Shown here piece after piece: positions 32,977-43,063 of a stretch of DNA of 64,000 bases. The first letter of the stretch is position 1. Every line of letters starts with the position of its first letter. Made by a program: the position numbers and the translations under genes. Source of the stretch: a virus (taxonomy: Duplodnaviria > Heunggongvirae > Uroviricota > Caudoviricetes); the IMG/VR virus record IMGVR_UViG_3300028549_001428; one strand, 5' to 3'. The notes under the pieces are model-generated. The model worked only from the letters and a program-made list of their open reading frames with translations, did not search any database and was not told where the DNA came from.

Positions 32977-34089
32977 ATGATAAAATTTGAAAATACATTT
33001 CCAGCTAAATTAACTAATATAACAGGTAGTACATTGTGCGGAATTACTGCTGGTAATTTCATAGAACTTGACATCGATCATATGAGTGATACTCAAACAT
33101 TTTATAATACATATGCAGAATTAGCATATAATTATATATTGGATGGCAGTCTAGTTGCACGTGACTTATCTAATTCTGTTATATCACCATATATTGCAGG
33201 AACCGCTTTCTTGAATAGTAGAACCAATGTTCAATCTTATGTGACAGGATCTACTTATTATATTACTACCGATAATGCACATATAGGATATCAAGGCCCG
33301 CAGGGTTCGCAGGGAGACACGGGTGTTGCACCGATAGGTCAGTTACCTGGATTTTTAGCACAATTAAGTAGTAATCATAACGCAACTGATTCGGCATATA
33401 CAAAAGTATTATTAAATTCAGTTGATTATGATACTAATGGTTGGTTTGCTAATTCTAGATTCACACCACAGCAAGCTGGTTGGTATCTGGTTGGTGGTGC
33501 AATAACAATAATTAATATAAGTGATGGTAAAAAAGTAATAGCAGTTATATATAAAAACGGTGCTGTTTATGGTATGTTAGGCAGAGGAACTGTAGGTGGA
33601 ACTGATTATGCTGGCTTTTCGGGTTCTATTCCTGTGTACTTTAATGGAACGACTGATTATGTAGAATTATATGGATATCATAACAATGGAACTGATTTAA
33701 ATTTTGCAGGTTCAACAGCACATAATTGTTATATGTGGGCAATAGCATTAGAAGGAATACAAGGCATAGAAGGTAATCAGGGTACACAAGGATCACAAGG
33801 TAATCAGGGGTCACAAGGCAATCAAGGTGAGTCAGTTACGGGATCACAGGGCAATCAAGGATCACAGGGTTCTCAAGGTAATCAAGGTAATCAAGGTAAT
33901 CAAGGATCGCAAGGTAGACAAGGATCACAGGGTTCAACTGGTGCTCAAGGTAATCAAGGCACAACAGGTACACAAGGACCCATCGCAAATGTAACAGGAA
34001 CCAACGAAGTAACTAGTATAGAAGTAGTAAGTGCAATACCAGCAATTGGTGCACGTGTTTCGGGTAGGTTGTATTTCCTTATTGGGTAA
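32977..34089 (+). CDS. C1q/TNF-like domain plus collagen repeat fibre protein
   Basis: FLAQLSS..TKVLLNSVDYDTNGWF..RFTPQQAGWYLV..FNGTTDYVELYG, then about 25 GxQ triplets. Confidence 0.7.
   Translation: MIKFENTFPAKLTNITGSTLCGITAGNFIELDIDHMSDTQTFYNTYAELAYNYILDGSLVARDLSNSVISPYIAGTAFLNSRTNVQSYVTGSTYYITTDNAHIGYQGPQGSQGDTGVAPIGQLPGFLAQLSSNHNATDSAYTKVLLNSVDYDTNGWFANSRFTPQQAGWYLVGGAITIINISDGKKVIAVIYKNGAVYGMLGRGTVGGTDYAGFSGSIPVYFNGTTDYVELYGYHNNGTDLNFAGSTAHNCYMWAIALEGIQGIEGNQGTQGSQGNQGSQGNQGESVTGSQGNQGSQGSQGNQGNQGNQGSQGRQGSQGSTGAQGNQGTTGTQGPIANVTGTNEVTSIEVVSAIPAIGARVSGRLYFLIG
33754..33980 (+). repeat. Collagen Gly-X-Gln coding repeats
   Basis: GGTAATCAA tandem units. Confidence 0.8.
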
Positions 34090-34092
34090 CTT

Positions 34093-34677
34093 ATGGCAAG
34101 TACAAGTAACATAGCAATTAATTCAATATCGGCAATAGCTGATATTGGTATTAATTCAGTAAATATGATAGAAGCATATCACTGGAATGGAACTGATTTG
34201 AATTTAGTTTGGCAGAAAGGTGGTAGTGCAGAATCATGGGTAACATATAGTGCTGATTATGTATTTTTGGCTGAATATACGCCATCTGCTAACATGGAAG
34301 TAAGTTCATTTAAAATGATACAAAATAAAAATGGCCCTGTATATAATTATTTCTATGGTATATATGTTAAATCAACAAGAGCACCAGTGGCTAATGCTGT
34401 TGCAACTAATAATAGTGGAGTTAGCATCGTTGCTGATGGTACATATTTAGGAGAAAATAAATATATACATACAAAATCATATTCCGCTGGTGCATATCCA
34501 TCATTAACTGCTGGAGTTACTTATTATGTTGGATGTGCTGAACGTTATGCATCATATAAAATATTAAGCGGTTCCAACGTAGCAGTTAATGCACTTGGTT
34601 GGTCAGTTGGTAACAATCCTATACAGCCTGTAGTAGCAGTAGCAACACCAATTTATTTAGAGGTAATAGCAGTATGA
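34093..34677 (+). CDS. Hypothetical virion (fibre tip/accessory) protein
   Basis: 194 aa; AYHWNGTDLNLVWQ N-terminal motif; SLTAGVTYYVG resembles the C-terminus of 29592-32963 (TLNAGTLYYFG). Confidence 0.6.
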   Translation: MASTSNIAINSISAIADIGINSVNMIEAYHWNGTDLNLVWQKGGSAESWVTYSADYVFLAEYTPSANMEVSSFKMIQNKNGPVYNYFYGIYVKSTRAPVANAVATNNSGVSIVADGTYLGENKYIHTKSYSAGAYPSLTAGVTYYVGCAERYASYKILSGSNVAVNALGWSVGNNPIQPVVAVATPIYLEVIAV

Positions 34678-35282
34678 TATACTTAGTAAAAAATTCAATG
34701 AATTATATCATTGGTATATTTGAAACAACAACATTAGCAAATGAGTATTTAAGCAGTATAGGAATTACAACATTTGAAGATTTTTCGTATCTAATGAGGA
34801 TTAACGACATGAAATATATAAGTAGAATATGCTTTGTTAATGATACATGCATATATAACAATAAAATATTTTGGACAGAAACGGCACAGAATGTATTAGT
34901 AAATTACAATGCATATACAGTGAAAGATTGTTTTGGTGTTACTATATATAAAGATCAATTTAAAAAAGAATTAGATACTAATTCAATGCGAATCAATGAT
35001 ATATATACAACAGCAGATCAGGTAAATTATAATATGATCATAGGAAACGAATTTATTTCTTTATTTAGAGAAGAATGCGTTAATGGTGACTTAGGACCTC
35101 TTAATGGTTTAGATATAGCAACAAAAACAGCTAATGTAATTCCTCTTGTCATGACAGGTTCATTTAAAGAAGCTGCGTATGTATTAGCACATATAACACC
35201 CGATGTTTTTCTAACAACTGACTTATTAACAAAGTACACAAATATGTTATTATCAGCAGATGTTATAACCTACCAACGTTAG
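34674..35282 (+). CDS. Hypothetical protein
   Basis: 202 aa; ATGA overlap; GAGG SD. Confidence 0.65.
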   Translation: MIYLVKNSMNYIIGIFETTTLANEYLSSIGITTFEDFSYLMRINDMKYISRICFVNDTCIYNNKIFWTETAQNVLVNYNAYTVKDCFGVTIYKDQFKKELDTNSMRINDIYTTADQVNYNMIIGNEFISLFREECVNGDLGPLNGLDIATKTANVIPLVMTGSFKEAAYVLAHITPDVFLTTDLLTKYTNMLLSADVITYQR

Positions 35283-35284
35283 GG

Positions 35285-35761
35285 GTGATTTTCATGAATA
35301 TACATATAGTACTAATAATGGGTAAGTTAGAATATAAAGGTACTGGGATTATATCTTCATTTAATGGACTAGAACTTGTCGAATTAACTAATGATATACA
35401 TTATGTATTTAAATATAACAACAGAAATGAAATGTTCACAATTACTGTACCCAAGGGATTTGTAACTGACTTTGGAACAGTTCCTAAATGGGCACAATGC
35501 ATAATCAATCCACAAGGCAAAGGAACATTAGCTTATATTTTACATGATTGGCTTTGTATAACGAACATGTATCCACGAAAAAAAGCCGATAAGATATTAT
35601 TTGAAACATTAGATTATTGTGGCGTTGATTACAATCGACGCTTAATTACATATGTAGCAGTTAGATTTTATGCAGTGATTATAGATAGATTATTAGATGA
35701 TCATATAGTATCAGCTATGGATACATTAAACAATGTACTTAAAACAAAAAAGACCGATTAA
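35285..35761 (+). CDS. DUF1353-family protein
   Basis: ITVPKGFVTDFGTVP..AYILHDWLC..RKKADKILFETL signature; true start may be downstream. Confidence 0.8.
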   Translation: MIFMNIHIVLIMGKLEYKGTGIISSFNGLELVELTNDIHYVFKYNNRNEMFTITVPKGFVTDFGTVPKWAQCIINPQGKGTLAYILHDWLCITNMYPRKKADKILFETLDYCGVDYNRRLITYVAVRFYAVIIDRLLDDHIVSAMDTLNNVLKTKKTD

Positions 35762-35775
35762 TCGGTCTTTTTTTT
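35746..35775. terminator. Bidirectional intrinsic terminator
   Basis: AAAAAAGACCGATTAATCGGTCTTTTTT between convergent genes. Confidence 0.85.
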
Positions 35776-36256
35776 ATATCTTTATTTGTTTTTCGTAATC
35801 TTTTTGTGTTATTGGTTTATTTCCAACTGCGGTTGCTGTATTATTGAGTGTCCATCCCTGATCTTTGAATGCATTCAATACTTTTTCTACAGTTAATTCA
35901 GTCTTCTTTTCAACCTCTTTAGCTACGTCTTCTTTTCCTTTATCATCAAATCTATCATTAAAATCATATTCCATACGATTATAATTTCTAGTATGTTCAC
36001 GACCAGGAGTTCCGTACATAGGATCTTCTGGTTCGAACTTGTTTTGAATCTTAGCTAATTTATTAAAATCATGATTATGGAATTGTTTATAGGCTCTTTC
36101 TAGGAATTCATCACTTTCTTCCCCTACATCACCTATTCTTGGTAAATTTCTCTGCACGTCAGCAAAGAAATCTCTATACTCATGTTTTACATTAAAGTTT
36201 GCTTGACCATTTAACATTGTTGACGGAATGCTACTACTACCCATAATTAAATCCAC
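35774..36256 (-). CDS. Hypothetical late protein
   Basis: 160 aa, charged; late promoter upstream. Confidence 0.65.
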   Translation of the reverse strand: MDLIMGSSSIPSTMLNGQANFNVKHEYRDFFADVQRNLPRIGDVGEESDEFLERAYKQFHNHDFNKLAKIQNKFEPEDPMYGTPGREHTRNYNRMEYDFNDRFDDKGKEDVAKEVEKKTELTVEKVLNAFKDQGWTLNNTATAVGNKPITQKDYEKQIKI

Positions 36257-36272
36257 ATTTTATTTATACTAT

Positions 36273-36281
36273 AAGTTTATA
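36273..36281 (-). promoter_or_regulatory. Late promoter variant TATAAACTT
   Basis: Motif upstream of 36256. Confidence 0.6.
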
Positions 36282-36288
36282 TAAAATG

Positions 36289-36864
36289 CTATTTCATTTT
36301 TTCTAGCAACGAAACGTATGCATCCAATGCCTTTATTATAGGGGCAGCTGTTGCGCCTAGCTTATTTACATATTCCTTTTTTGACTCAGGTATCCATGCA
36401 TTTATATTACGCAAGGCTTCTAATGTCTTTCTCATATGTATAATTGTTATATCAATAGGTGGTCTTTGCTGTTGCTGGACTGTTTGTTGCATTGTTGGTG
36501 CATTGGATGGTCTTCCTTGATTCGGAGTCTTCTCAGTGCCTATTATATTACCTAATTGGGATAATACATTATTCATCTCATTCAATTTACTTCCGGCATT
36601 GGAATAATCAGGTTCTTTTCTAATAGAATTAATACTTTCTTGAATTACTTGTTTTGGATTCGCTTGTTGAGCTGGTTTATATTTTTGTATATTAGCCATA
36701 TCAACGAAACTATTACCAAGACTTGAATTGATAGCAGGCGTATATTCTTTACCACCTAATATCTCATCTAAATCAATATCATCATAATTATCAGGCATAG
36801 CTACTGACATCTGCTCAACTTCAACTATTTTTTCGGGACGTTTATTTTGCATAATTACCTTCAT
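36289..36864 (-). CDS. Hypothetical late protein downstream of the capsid gene
   Basis: 191 aa, Q/N-rich linker and helical C-terminus. Confidence 0.65.
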   Translation of the reverse strand: MKVIMQNKRPEKIVEVEQMSVAMPDNYDDIDLDEILGGKEYTPAINSSLGNSFVDMANIQKYKPAQQANPKQVIQESINSIRKEPDYSNAGSKLNEMNNVLSQLGNIIGTEKTPNQGRPSNAPTMQQTVQQQQRPPIDITIIHMRKTLEALRNINAWIPESKKEYVNKLGATAAPIIKALDAYVSLLEKMK

Positions 36865-36871
36865 TTATTAT

Positions 36872-36880
36872 AGGTTTATA
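36872..36880 (-). promoter_or_regulatory. Late promoter variant TATAAACCT
   Basis: Motif upstream of 36864. Confidence 0.55.
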
Positions 36881-36902
36881 TATAACATATATTTTTTCCA
36901 AT

Positions 36903-36934
36903 AAAAAAGAGCACTGAGTTTCCTCAGTGCTCTT
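36903..36934 (-). terminator. Intrinsic terminator after the major capsid gene
   Basis: AAGAGCACTGAG-GAAA-CTCAGTGCTCTTTTTT on the minus strand. Confidence 0.9.
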
Positions 36935-36958
36935 ACTAACTTATATTACTGTAGTTGA

Positions 36959-38350
36959 TTAGACTTCAGCAGTGTCACCTTCGTACACACCACCTAGACC
37001 AGCTTCGCCATCATAAGATGCGCCAGACTGTTCCCAAGGATATGCAGATGTATTGCTAGAATCAATACCAAGGATTGCATAGTTGATGTTCTTGAAGTTA
37101 ATTAGACGATAGAATTGTCCGGCACCTAATAGGTTCGCAACAATAGCATATCTTGATTTAACTATCAAACGTGGAGAACCATCTTCCTGACCAGCAGTTT
37201 TTGTGAAGATATATGGGATATATGGCATAAATATGATACCCGATTCACCCTGACGTGCGCCCTTATAACCAACTAGAGCATAGGATTCTTCGGCATAGAT
37301 ATCACGGTAAACCTTGATTCCACCACCGATTAAAGAACCTGCTTCAGCAACACCGCCAGAAGGCTGCATGTTCATCTTACCATCAAGGTAAGCAGCTGGA
37401 GTATAGATACCATTGTTTAGAGTAGAGATAGCAGCAACAACATCAGGAGATGCGATTACCCAGTTACCAGAACCCATACGTGAAGTTACAGCGATCTTCT
37501 GAGCCACAGCGATAATTGTGTTAACAATACCACCAGCGATTCTTTCAGCAGCCCAACGACCGTCCATTGCCTTAGATGTAGTTGATGCAAGATCAACTTC
37601 TAGAGCAGCCTCACCACCCAATCCTCTTGCAGTAGCAGCGAATTTCAATGAAGCTAGGATTTCTCTATCGATTTCCTGTTGGATTTCGAACTGTAGAGCT
37701 TCGAGCAATAATGCTTCGATGTCCTGACCATGAACAGCAGCTAAGTCCTGTTGTAGTTCAAGAGTGTAATGTGATTTAATGGCACGAGTACCAACGATAA
37801 CAGAACCCTTAATAACTTTGATAGATGCTCTCTTAATCATGTTACCTGGAGTAGTTGTACCATCATTCATGTAGTTATTAACAGTTGATCCATTTCCTTC
37901 TTGGTAGTTAGAAAGGAATTCGCCTTCAGAAGTTGACCAAGGAGTACCATTACCTGGCTGTTTACCAGTGTGGTCGGTATCAAGATCGAAACCGATTTCT
38001 TTCTTCTGACCCTTACGGAAATCAGTGGTCTTAGTTGTGCCTTCGTACAAATAACGTAGAGCAAAATAGATACCCTGTGGAGTTGTGGTAGGAATAACTG
38101 CGATAGTATTCATAGCCAACAATTCTGGGAACTGTCTACGGATTAGAGGAAGTGCATACTGCTGATAAACTTCAACGTCTGCGGTGACGTTAGCAGATTC
38201 TGCTAGGAAGCCCTTGTTTAGCTTAACTTGGTTTTCCAATAGAGTAGCGAGGATTGATGCCTCGGTCTGACTTCTAATTGGTGATCCAATATTACTTTCA
38301 AGAACTGGTGCCCATTTCTGGACTAAACTTTTTTTCATTGTTGTTGGCAT
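36959..38350 (-). CDS. gp23: Major capsid protein, T4 gp23-like
   Basis: LVQKWAPVLE..LLENQ, LIRRQFPELLA, FALRY, TRAIKSHYTLELQQDLAAVHGQDIE..EIDREI, GIIFMPYIP..KSRY. Confidence 0.95.
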   Translation of the reverse strand: MPTTMKKSLVQKWAPVLESNIGSPIRSQTEASILATLLENQVKLNKGFLAESANVTADVEVYQQYALPLIRRQFPELLAMNTIAVIPTTTPQGIYFALRYLYEGTTKTTDFRKGQKKEIGFDLDTDHTGKQPGNGTPWSTSEGEFLSNYQEGNGSTVNNYMNDGTTTPGNMIKRASIKVIKGSVIVGTRAIKSHYTLELQQDLAAVHGQDIEALLLEALQFEIQQEIDREILASLKFAATARGLGGEAALEVDLASTTSKAMDGRWAAERIAGGIVNTIIAVAQKIAVTSRMGSGNWVIASPDVVAAISTLNNGIYTPAAYLDGKMNMQPSGGVAEAGSLIGGGIKVYRDIYAEESYALVGYKGARQGESGIIFMPYIPYIFTKTAGQEDGSPRLIVKSRYAIVANLLGAGQFYRLINFKNINYAILGIDSSNTSAYPWEQSGASYDGEAGLGGVYEGDTAEV

Positions 38351-38400
38351 ATTAAGTTACCTTAAATTACGGTCGTGATATGTTTTGACCTATTCAATAT

Positions 38401-38409
38401 TTGTTTATA
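38401..38409 (-). promoter_or_regulatory. Late promoter variant TATAAACAA
   Basis: Motif upstream of the capsid gene. Confidence 0.6.
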
Positions 38410-38490
38410 AATAAAGAAAAATTATTTTTTAATTTGGTTCTATAATATGCATTGAAATCAAAAAATACTGTGTATATCGTTATGTAATAT

Positions 38491-38520
38491 AAAAAGACCC
38501 TCAATATTGAGGGTCTTTTT
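38491..38520 (-). terminator. Intrinsic terminator after the scaffold gene
   Basis: AAAAAGACCCTCAATATTGAGGGTCTTTTT palindrome. Confidence 0.85.
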
Positions 38521-38521
38521 G

Positions 38522-39385
38522 TTATCCGAATTGGTTGAATCCAAGTCCTCGATAATTAGTAATCATTGTTAATGTTTCTCGTGTATCTTTTTCCATTGAG
38601 GTTAATTCCTCAGTAACAGATTCGGATAACATTTCTTTACTGATATTAGGAGTAAACAAAGCCTTCTGTTGCTTTAATCCTTTACCTAGACTTTCAAACT
38701 TTGGTTTTGATTCAGAGTAAGGTGATCCAGTTGATCCACTAATCTCACTATTCAAATCATCCAACGCATCTTTAACCTGATCCAAATCAATTTCACCATT
38801 GAATTTATCAGATTCTGCATTATCGCTAAATAATTCTGAATGATCACCATCTAAGAATGATGCTATAGTATCTTTATCAATTTCTCTAATATCTTTATTT
38901 TTAAAGAATTCAACCGCAGCATCTACTACTTCTGGACGCATGCCTTTAGTTTCTTTCATAATCATAACAAGTTTTAATTGATCGTTGTACATATCTTTAA
39001 CAGCCTGTACTTCATTATATGCGCTTTGTAATTTCTTACCAGCATCTTTCAATTGAACCTGTAATTGCTTAGTTGCATCAGTAGTTGGTATACCAGCATC
39101 TTCCAGTAGATTTACCATGTCTTTCACAATTCCATAAAATTTTTGTGTCACCATTTCAGATGCGTTTCCCTTGACACTCTCGATAATAACATTATTTACT
39201 TTATTATCGAATTTGACAGACAAACTTTCTACAAGTGCATCAAATTTCTTTGAATTCTCTTTTTCAATGATCTCAATTCTTTTATCAATTGATTCATTTA
39301 TTGATTTTTCGACTGAGCTAATAGTTGTACTAGGCAACGAATTTATTTCAGTTGAGCTAAGTATATCTTTAAGTTGTATTGCCAT
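38522..39385 (-). CDS. Prohead core scaffolding protein, T4 gp22-like
   Basis: Lies between protease and capsid genes; helical, acidic, many xES motifs. Confidence 0.75.
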   Translation of the reverse strand: MAIQLKDILSSTEINSLPSTTISSVEKSINESIDKRIEIIEKENSKKFDALVESLSVKFDNKVNNVIIESVKGNASEMVTQKFYGIVKDMVNLLEDAGIPTTDATKQLQVQLKDAGKKLQSAYNEVQAVKDMYNDQLKLVMIMKETKGMRPEVVDAAVEFFKNKDIREIDKDTIASFLDGDHSELFSDNAESDKFNGEIDLDQVKDALDDLNSEISGSTGSPYSESKPKFESLGKGLKQQKALFTPNISKEMLSESVTEELTSMEKDTRETLTMITNYRGLGFNQFG

Positions 39386-39394
39386 AATAATTCC

Positions 39395-40132
39395 TTAACC
39401 TATAAATAAATTTTTATATTTGATTAGTGCACTTTCCAATGCTATTCTATCATATTTGTTATAACCAACTTTCAAGTCACGATTTTTCATGAACTCTACT
39501 CTACCCATTTCAATGCTTTCTGTTAGAATTTTCATATTAACAGGTTTAATGCTTTCAAATTTATGGTTTATTAATGCTTTATTATCAAATGAAGGATTTC
39601 CTACAACATCAACTGTTATAAAACGATAATCCCTGTCTACTTCATAAAAACCACGCCCAGTTTCAACAACAGAACCAGCACCACGCAATGAATAACCAGG
39701 TACATATCCAATCTTTAATAGACCTGCTAAATTTCTACCTGCATCAGTTTCTTCAGCAACTATCATTTTACAGAATAAATTATTACCCTTAAAATAAAGT
39801 TCTTCAACTCTTGCACAAGTCTTCATTAAATTCATTTCAAATACTGAATAGTCTTTTCCATCACCATCAGGTGTTAAACGTGGGTGATTTAATTCAGCAG
39901 CCAAACGACCATATGGAATCATATCTTTATTTAATCTAGCAACTTCAGCTTCTAAGATCTTTTTAGGATATGCTCTACCATTTATACCAGGGACATCACA
40001 TACGATAGCTGTACCGAATATCTTTAAAAATTTCTTTTTAGTACCCGTAATGTCAATACCTTCTTCTATTAGAACCTTGGTATCATCAAAACACGGTGAA
40101 CTAATCATATCTTCATCATAAATCTTACGCAT
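39395..40132 (-). CDS. gp21: Prohead protease, T4 gp21-like (start revised to ATG 40132)
   Basis: NGRAYPKKILEAEV, AELNHP, GYSLRGAGSV, FITVDVVGNPS; GGAG precedes ATG 40132. Confidence 0.92.
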   Translation of the reverse strand: MRKIYDEDMISSPCFDDTKVLIEEGIDITGTKKKFLKIFGTAIVCDVPGINGRAYPKKILEAEVARLNKDMIPYGRLAAELNHPRLTPDGDGKDYSVFEMNLMKTCARVEELYFKGNNLFCKMIVAEETDAGRNLAGLLKIGYVPGYSLRGAGSVVETGRGFYEVDRDYRFITVDVVGNPSFDNKALINHKFESIKPVNMKILTESIEMGRVEFMKNRDLKVGYNKYDRIALESALIKYKNLFIG

Positions 40133-40295
40133 GGCTATCTCCATTGAAACTTTCAGTAATTATTGTCATAATATCTTTCTCTTTTTCGGTAATAATACTT
40201 TCAGACAATTCTCTAACTATCTTATCAACTCGCTGATTATCATCAGCAAGAAGACCGCTAATTAACGCTTTGATTTGTTTTTGTGTATTATTCAT
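40125..40295 (-). CDS. Small prohead core protein (gp67-like position); not in the ORF track
   Basis: 56 aa MNNTQKQIKALISGLLADDNQRVDKIVRELSESIITEKEKDIMTIITESFNGDSHA between portal and protease; late promoter 5 nt upstream. Confidence 0.7.
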   Translation of the reverse strand: MNNTQKQIKALISGLLADDNQRVDKIVRELSESIITEKEKDIMTIITESFNGDSHA

Positions 40296-40300
40296 AATAT

Positions 40301-40309
40301 GAGTTTATA
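40301..40309 (-). promoter_or_regulatory. Late promoter variant TATAAACTC
   Basis: 5 nt before ATG 40295. Confidence 0.65.
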
Positions 40310-40324
40310 TATTTATTAATTTTA

Positions 40325-41962
40325 TTAATTACTGCTTTCTTCGGTTTCAGCCTCTTCTGCCTTCAATTGTTCTTTTATGTCAGTGATTTCAGCATCTGAT
40401 AGCTTCAATCCTTTACGAAGTGCAAATGCAATAGATATAACACCACCTGGATTATCTTCAGTTCTAACATGAGCCATATAACCTTCGAATGCTTCTAGAT
40501 TAATTTTAGTTATCTCAGCATCAATGTAATTCTGGAATGCATTAGCTTTATTAAATTGTATACCAAAATTTTCTTGTAATTTTATATCGTCTGATATATC
40601 ATTCTTGGTATTCAATACCATTACAAATAATCTGGTTAATATATGTTCTAAAGGCATTTGATAACGCTGAACCATTCTAGCAAATGCAACTTCAGCCTGT
40701 GTAACTTCACCAATTTTACCAGAAGTATAGCTTTCACCATCACCAGCCAATGCAGTTACACGACCAGGTGGGACTTTCATAGCATTAACTAGGTTTCGTT
40801 TGAAGTATTTCAAATCTTCAATATTACCTATATTATCGCCACCCTTCAGTCTATCAATGGATGATCCATTACTCTGACTAGATGTTGATATGAAAAAGTG
40901 TTCAGATAATCCAATAACACGGCCATTGTTAGTTATTTCACCTGTTGATGTATTATAATCAACTTTACGTGAGAATATCTTAGCCTGATCTTTCATGAAC
41001 TTTTCAGCCTTTGGTTTAGGCATCATACCAGTATCAATTTTAAATACTAATTTTTCACTACCCCATTGTATACGATACATTGTAATAGAGTCTTCAATTG
41101 TATTTAATTGATTAAATGGTTTAATTGCAGCTTCTAATGGCGATCTTGGATCATTAATACCGCCTGGACCATACATACCCAAATCAGCATATAAAATCTG
41201 GTTTGGTGAGAAATCAATGTAATTCTTACCAGCAGTTTTTGAATTTACGGTATATGTACCTTCTAGCATTTGTCTATAACCTATAACTAGGTTATCCTGT
41301 ACGATCAATATCATATTTTGAGCAGGTAGAAGATTAACACCTACTATCTCATTTTTCTTTTCACTATACACAACTTCTAAGAATATTCTACCTTCAACCA
41401 ACATGGTACGCATTAACTGCCAACCTTCTTTGTCAAAGTTAAGAATGCGTTTTAATACTTCTCTTCTAAAAATTTTATGTAATTTTACTTGTACTGCATG
41501 ACCTATTTCGGCATCTGGATCTACTTTGAGTGAACATATTTCACCCAAGTCATCTTTATAAATACCTTCATCACATATTTGGTCAAGTGCTTCACCAACT
41601 TCTGATCTACCAGCTACCCTATAATATTTAAGTACTCGTTCTTTATTCTTTTTCCAATATAGATGAACCTGATTTTCTGCAATTACATCTTGCATTCTAG
41701 CAGGGTCAACATTTGGCGAATATACACCCAACGTTGGTGCAAATGAACTAAACCCATCAGGAGACAATCCGTTTGGATAAGTTAATTGTTTTTTACCTTG
41801 ACCTACAATATTTCGAGATACATCTAAATCTCGTTCTACTTCATCACGGTTAAATATTCTATCGAATACAGGTCCTTTTTGGTTTGCTAACCCATAATCT
41901 CTAGAACGAGATAATATTCTCGTTGCGATTGTATCTTGTTCTTTTCGTGGCTCTATCAACAT
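40325..41962 (-). CDS. gp20: Portal vertex protein, T4 gp20-like
   Basis: SPLEAAIKPFNQLNTIEDSITMYRI..VFKIDTGMMPKPKAEKFM, IEDLKYFKRNLVNAMKVPPGR, EVAFARMVQRYQ. Confidence 0.95.
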   Translation of the reverse strand: MLIEPRKEQDTIATRILSRSRDYGLANQKGPVFDRIFNRDEVERDLDVSRNIVGQGKKQLTYPNGLSPDGFSSFAPTLGVYSPNVDPARMQDVIAENQVHLYWKKNKERVLKYYRVAGRSEVGEALDQICDEGIYKDDLGEICSLKVDPDAEIGHAVQVKLHKIFRREVLKRILNFDKEGWQLMRTMLVEGRIFLEVVYSEKKNEIVGVNLLPAQNMILIVQDNLVIGYRQMLEGTYTVNSKTAGKNYIDFSPNQILYADLGMYGPGGINDPRSPLEAAIKPFNQLNTIEDSITMYRIQWGSEKLVFKIDTGMMPKPKAEKFMKDQAKIFSRKVDYNTSTGEITNNGRVIGLSEHFFISTSSQSNGSSIDRLKGGDNIGNIEDLKYFKRNLVNAMKVPPGRVTALAGDGESYTSGKIGEVTQAEVAFARMVQRYQMPLEHILTRLFVMVLNTKNDISDDIKLQENFGIQFNKANAFQNYIDAEITKINLEAFEGYMAHVRTEDNPGGVISIAFALRKGLKLSDAEITDIKEQLKAEEAETEESSN

Positions 41963-42015
41963 ATTAATTAAACCTTAATTAACTATAAAAATAGTTTATT
42001 TTGTTATTGTAAAGG

Positions 42016-42024
42016 AAGTTTATA
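42016..42024 (-). promoter_or_regulatory. Late promoter variant TATAAACTT
   Basis: Motif upstream of the portal gene. Confidence 0.55.
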
Positions 42025-42034
42025 ATTAATATGA

Positions 42035-42265
42035 TTAAAAATTACCTTTATTGCTTTTTTTACGCAAATCCAGTATCACACCTTCATAACATATACCAAA
42101 GTCATTTGTTCTTGACTTCTTAAAATGATCCTGTAAATCACTTCTATTTATATTCTTACTAAGTACACGCTTATCATGTTCAAGTGATTCATAGAACACA
42201 TAGAAGTCAGAAAACCCAACATTAAATATTGGAATTCCATTATATGTAAAATCACCCAGCATCAC
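42035..42265 (-). CDS. Small hypothetical protein
   Basis: 76 aa, overlaps the upstream gene stop; co-oriented. Confidence 0.55.
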   Translation of the reverse strand: MMLGDFTYNGIPIFNVGFSDFYVFYESLEHDKRVLSKNINRSDLQDHFKKSRTNDFGICYEGVILDLRKKSNKGNF

Positions 42266-43025
42266 TCGTACCTACTTTAGATAAGCGTTTCCAGTTATGT
42301 GCTTGATTCTCTATACGATCCTTGGTAACATTAAGAATATTACCACTTTCTATTATTTTTGCTAGTTTAACCAACAATTTAATACCTTCACCAGTAATTT
42401 TGTTATGATCTATTAGTTTGTTATCTTCACATATCTTCTTAATTTCTTCAAATGCACCCAATGCTCTCACATTGAATGTAGCTTCTACTGAATTTATTAT
42501 ACTACCATCGAATTCAATTGAGGTAGGAACTCTATCTACCCTAATTGTATATACCAAAAATGTTGCTACTGTTAGTGATCTTGATACATAATCACAGTAA
42601 TTTAATGTTTCTTCATTCATTTCTACATATGAATCATCATGATATAAGGATTCAGGTAAATATTCCTTATCATTCACAGCAGTTATTATTTTATCAAATG
42701 TGTCCTTAACCTTATGTAAGTTAGTTCCACTCTTCATATTCATAATAAATAATGGATCTATATACTTTATATATTCGAAATTAGATACTAATGATTTTAA
42801 ATTATCTTCACCCATCTGTTTTTTTATCAACAACACGAATTTATCCAACATAGTGAATGCCCACTTATCAGACCCATCTGGATTTCCTATAATATTTCCT
42901 ATAGAATCGATGATATCCATGTTACATGCATCACTCTCTTGAATACCGTCAAATAGACGCTTCATTAAGTAAACATAAAGTTTATTATCAAATTCAAGTT
43001 TAGTTTTTTTGTACTGTTCAGCCAT
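42252..43025 (-). CDS. Hypothetical protein resembling conserved T4-superfamily ORFs
   Basis: YLMKRLF..DACNMDIIDSIGNII..AFTMLDKFVLLIKK pattern; late promoter upstream. Confidence 0.6.
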   Translation of the reverse strand: MAEQYKKTKLEFDNKLYVYLMKRLFDGIQESDACNMDIIDSIGNIIGNPDGSDKWAFTMLDKFVLLIKKQMGEDNLKSLVSNFEYIKYIDPLFIMNMKSGTNLHKVKDTFDKIITAVNDKEYLPESLYHDDSYVEMNEETLNYCDYVSRSLTVATFLVYTIRVDRVPTSIEFDGSIINSVEATFNVRALGAFEEIKKICEDNKLIDHNKITGEGIKLLVKLAKIIESGNILNVTKDRIENQAHNWKRLSKVGTSDAG

Positions 43026-43045
43026 TGTAAATTACCCACTTATCC

Positions 43046-43054
43046 TAGTTTATA
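43046..43054 (-). promoter_or_regulatory. Late promoter TATAAACTA
   Basis: Motif upstream of 43025. Confidence 0.7.
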
Positions 43055-43063
43055 CAATCCTTA

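Noticed and set aside
27027-33980. Short tandem repeats as a possible CRISPR array
   Set aside because: They are 9-bp in-frame collagen codons with wobble variation and no spacers; no cas genes seen
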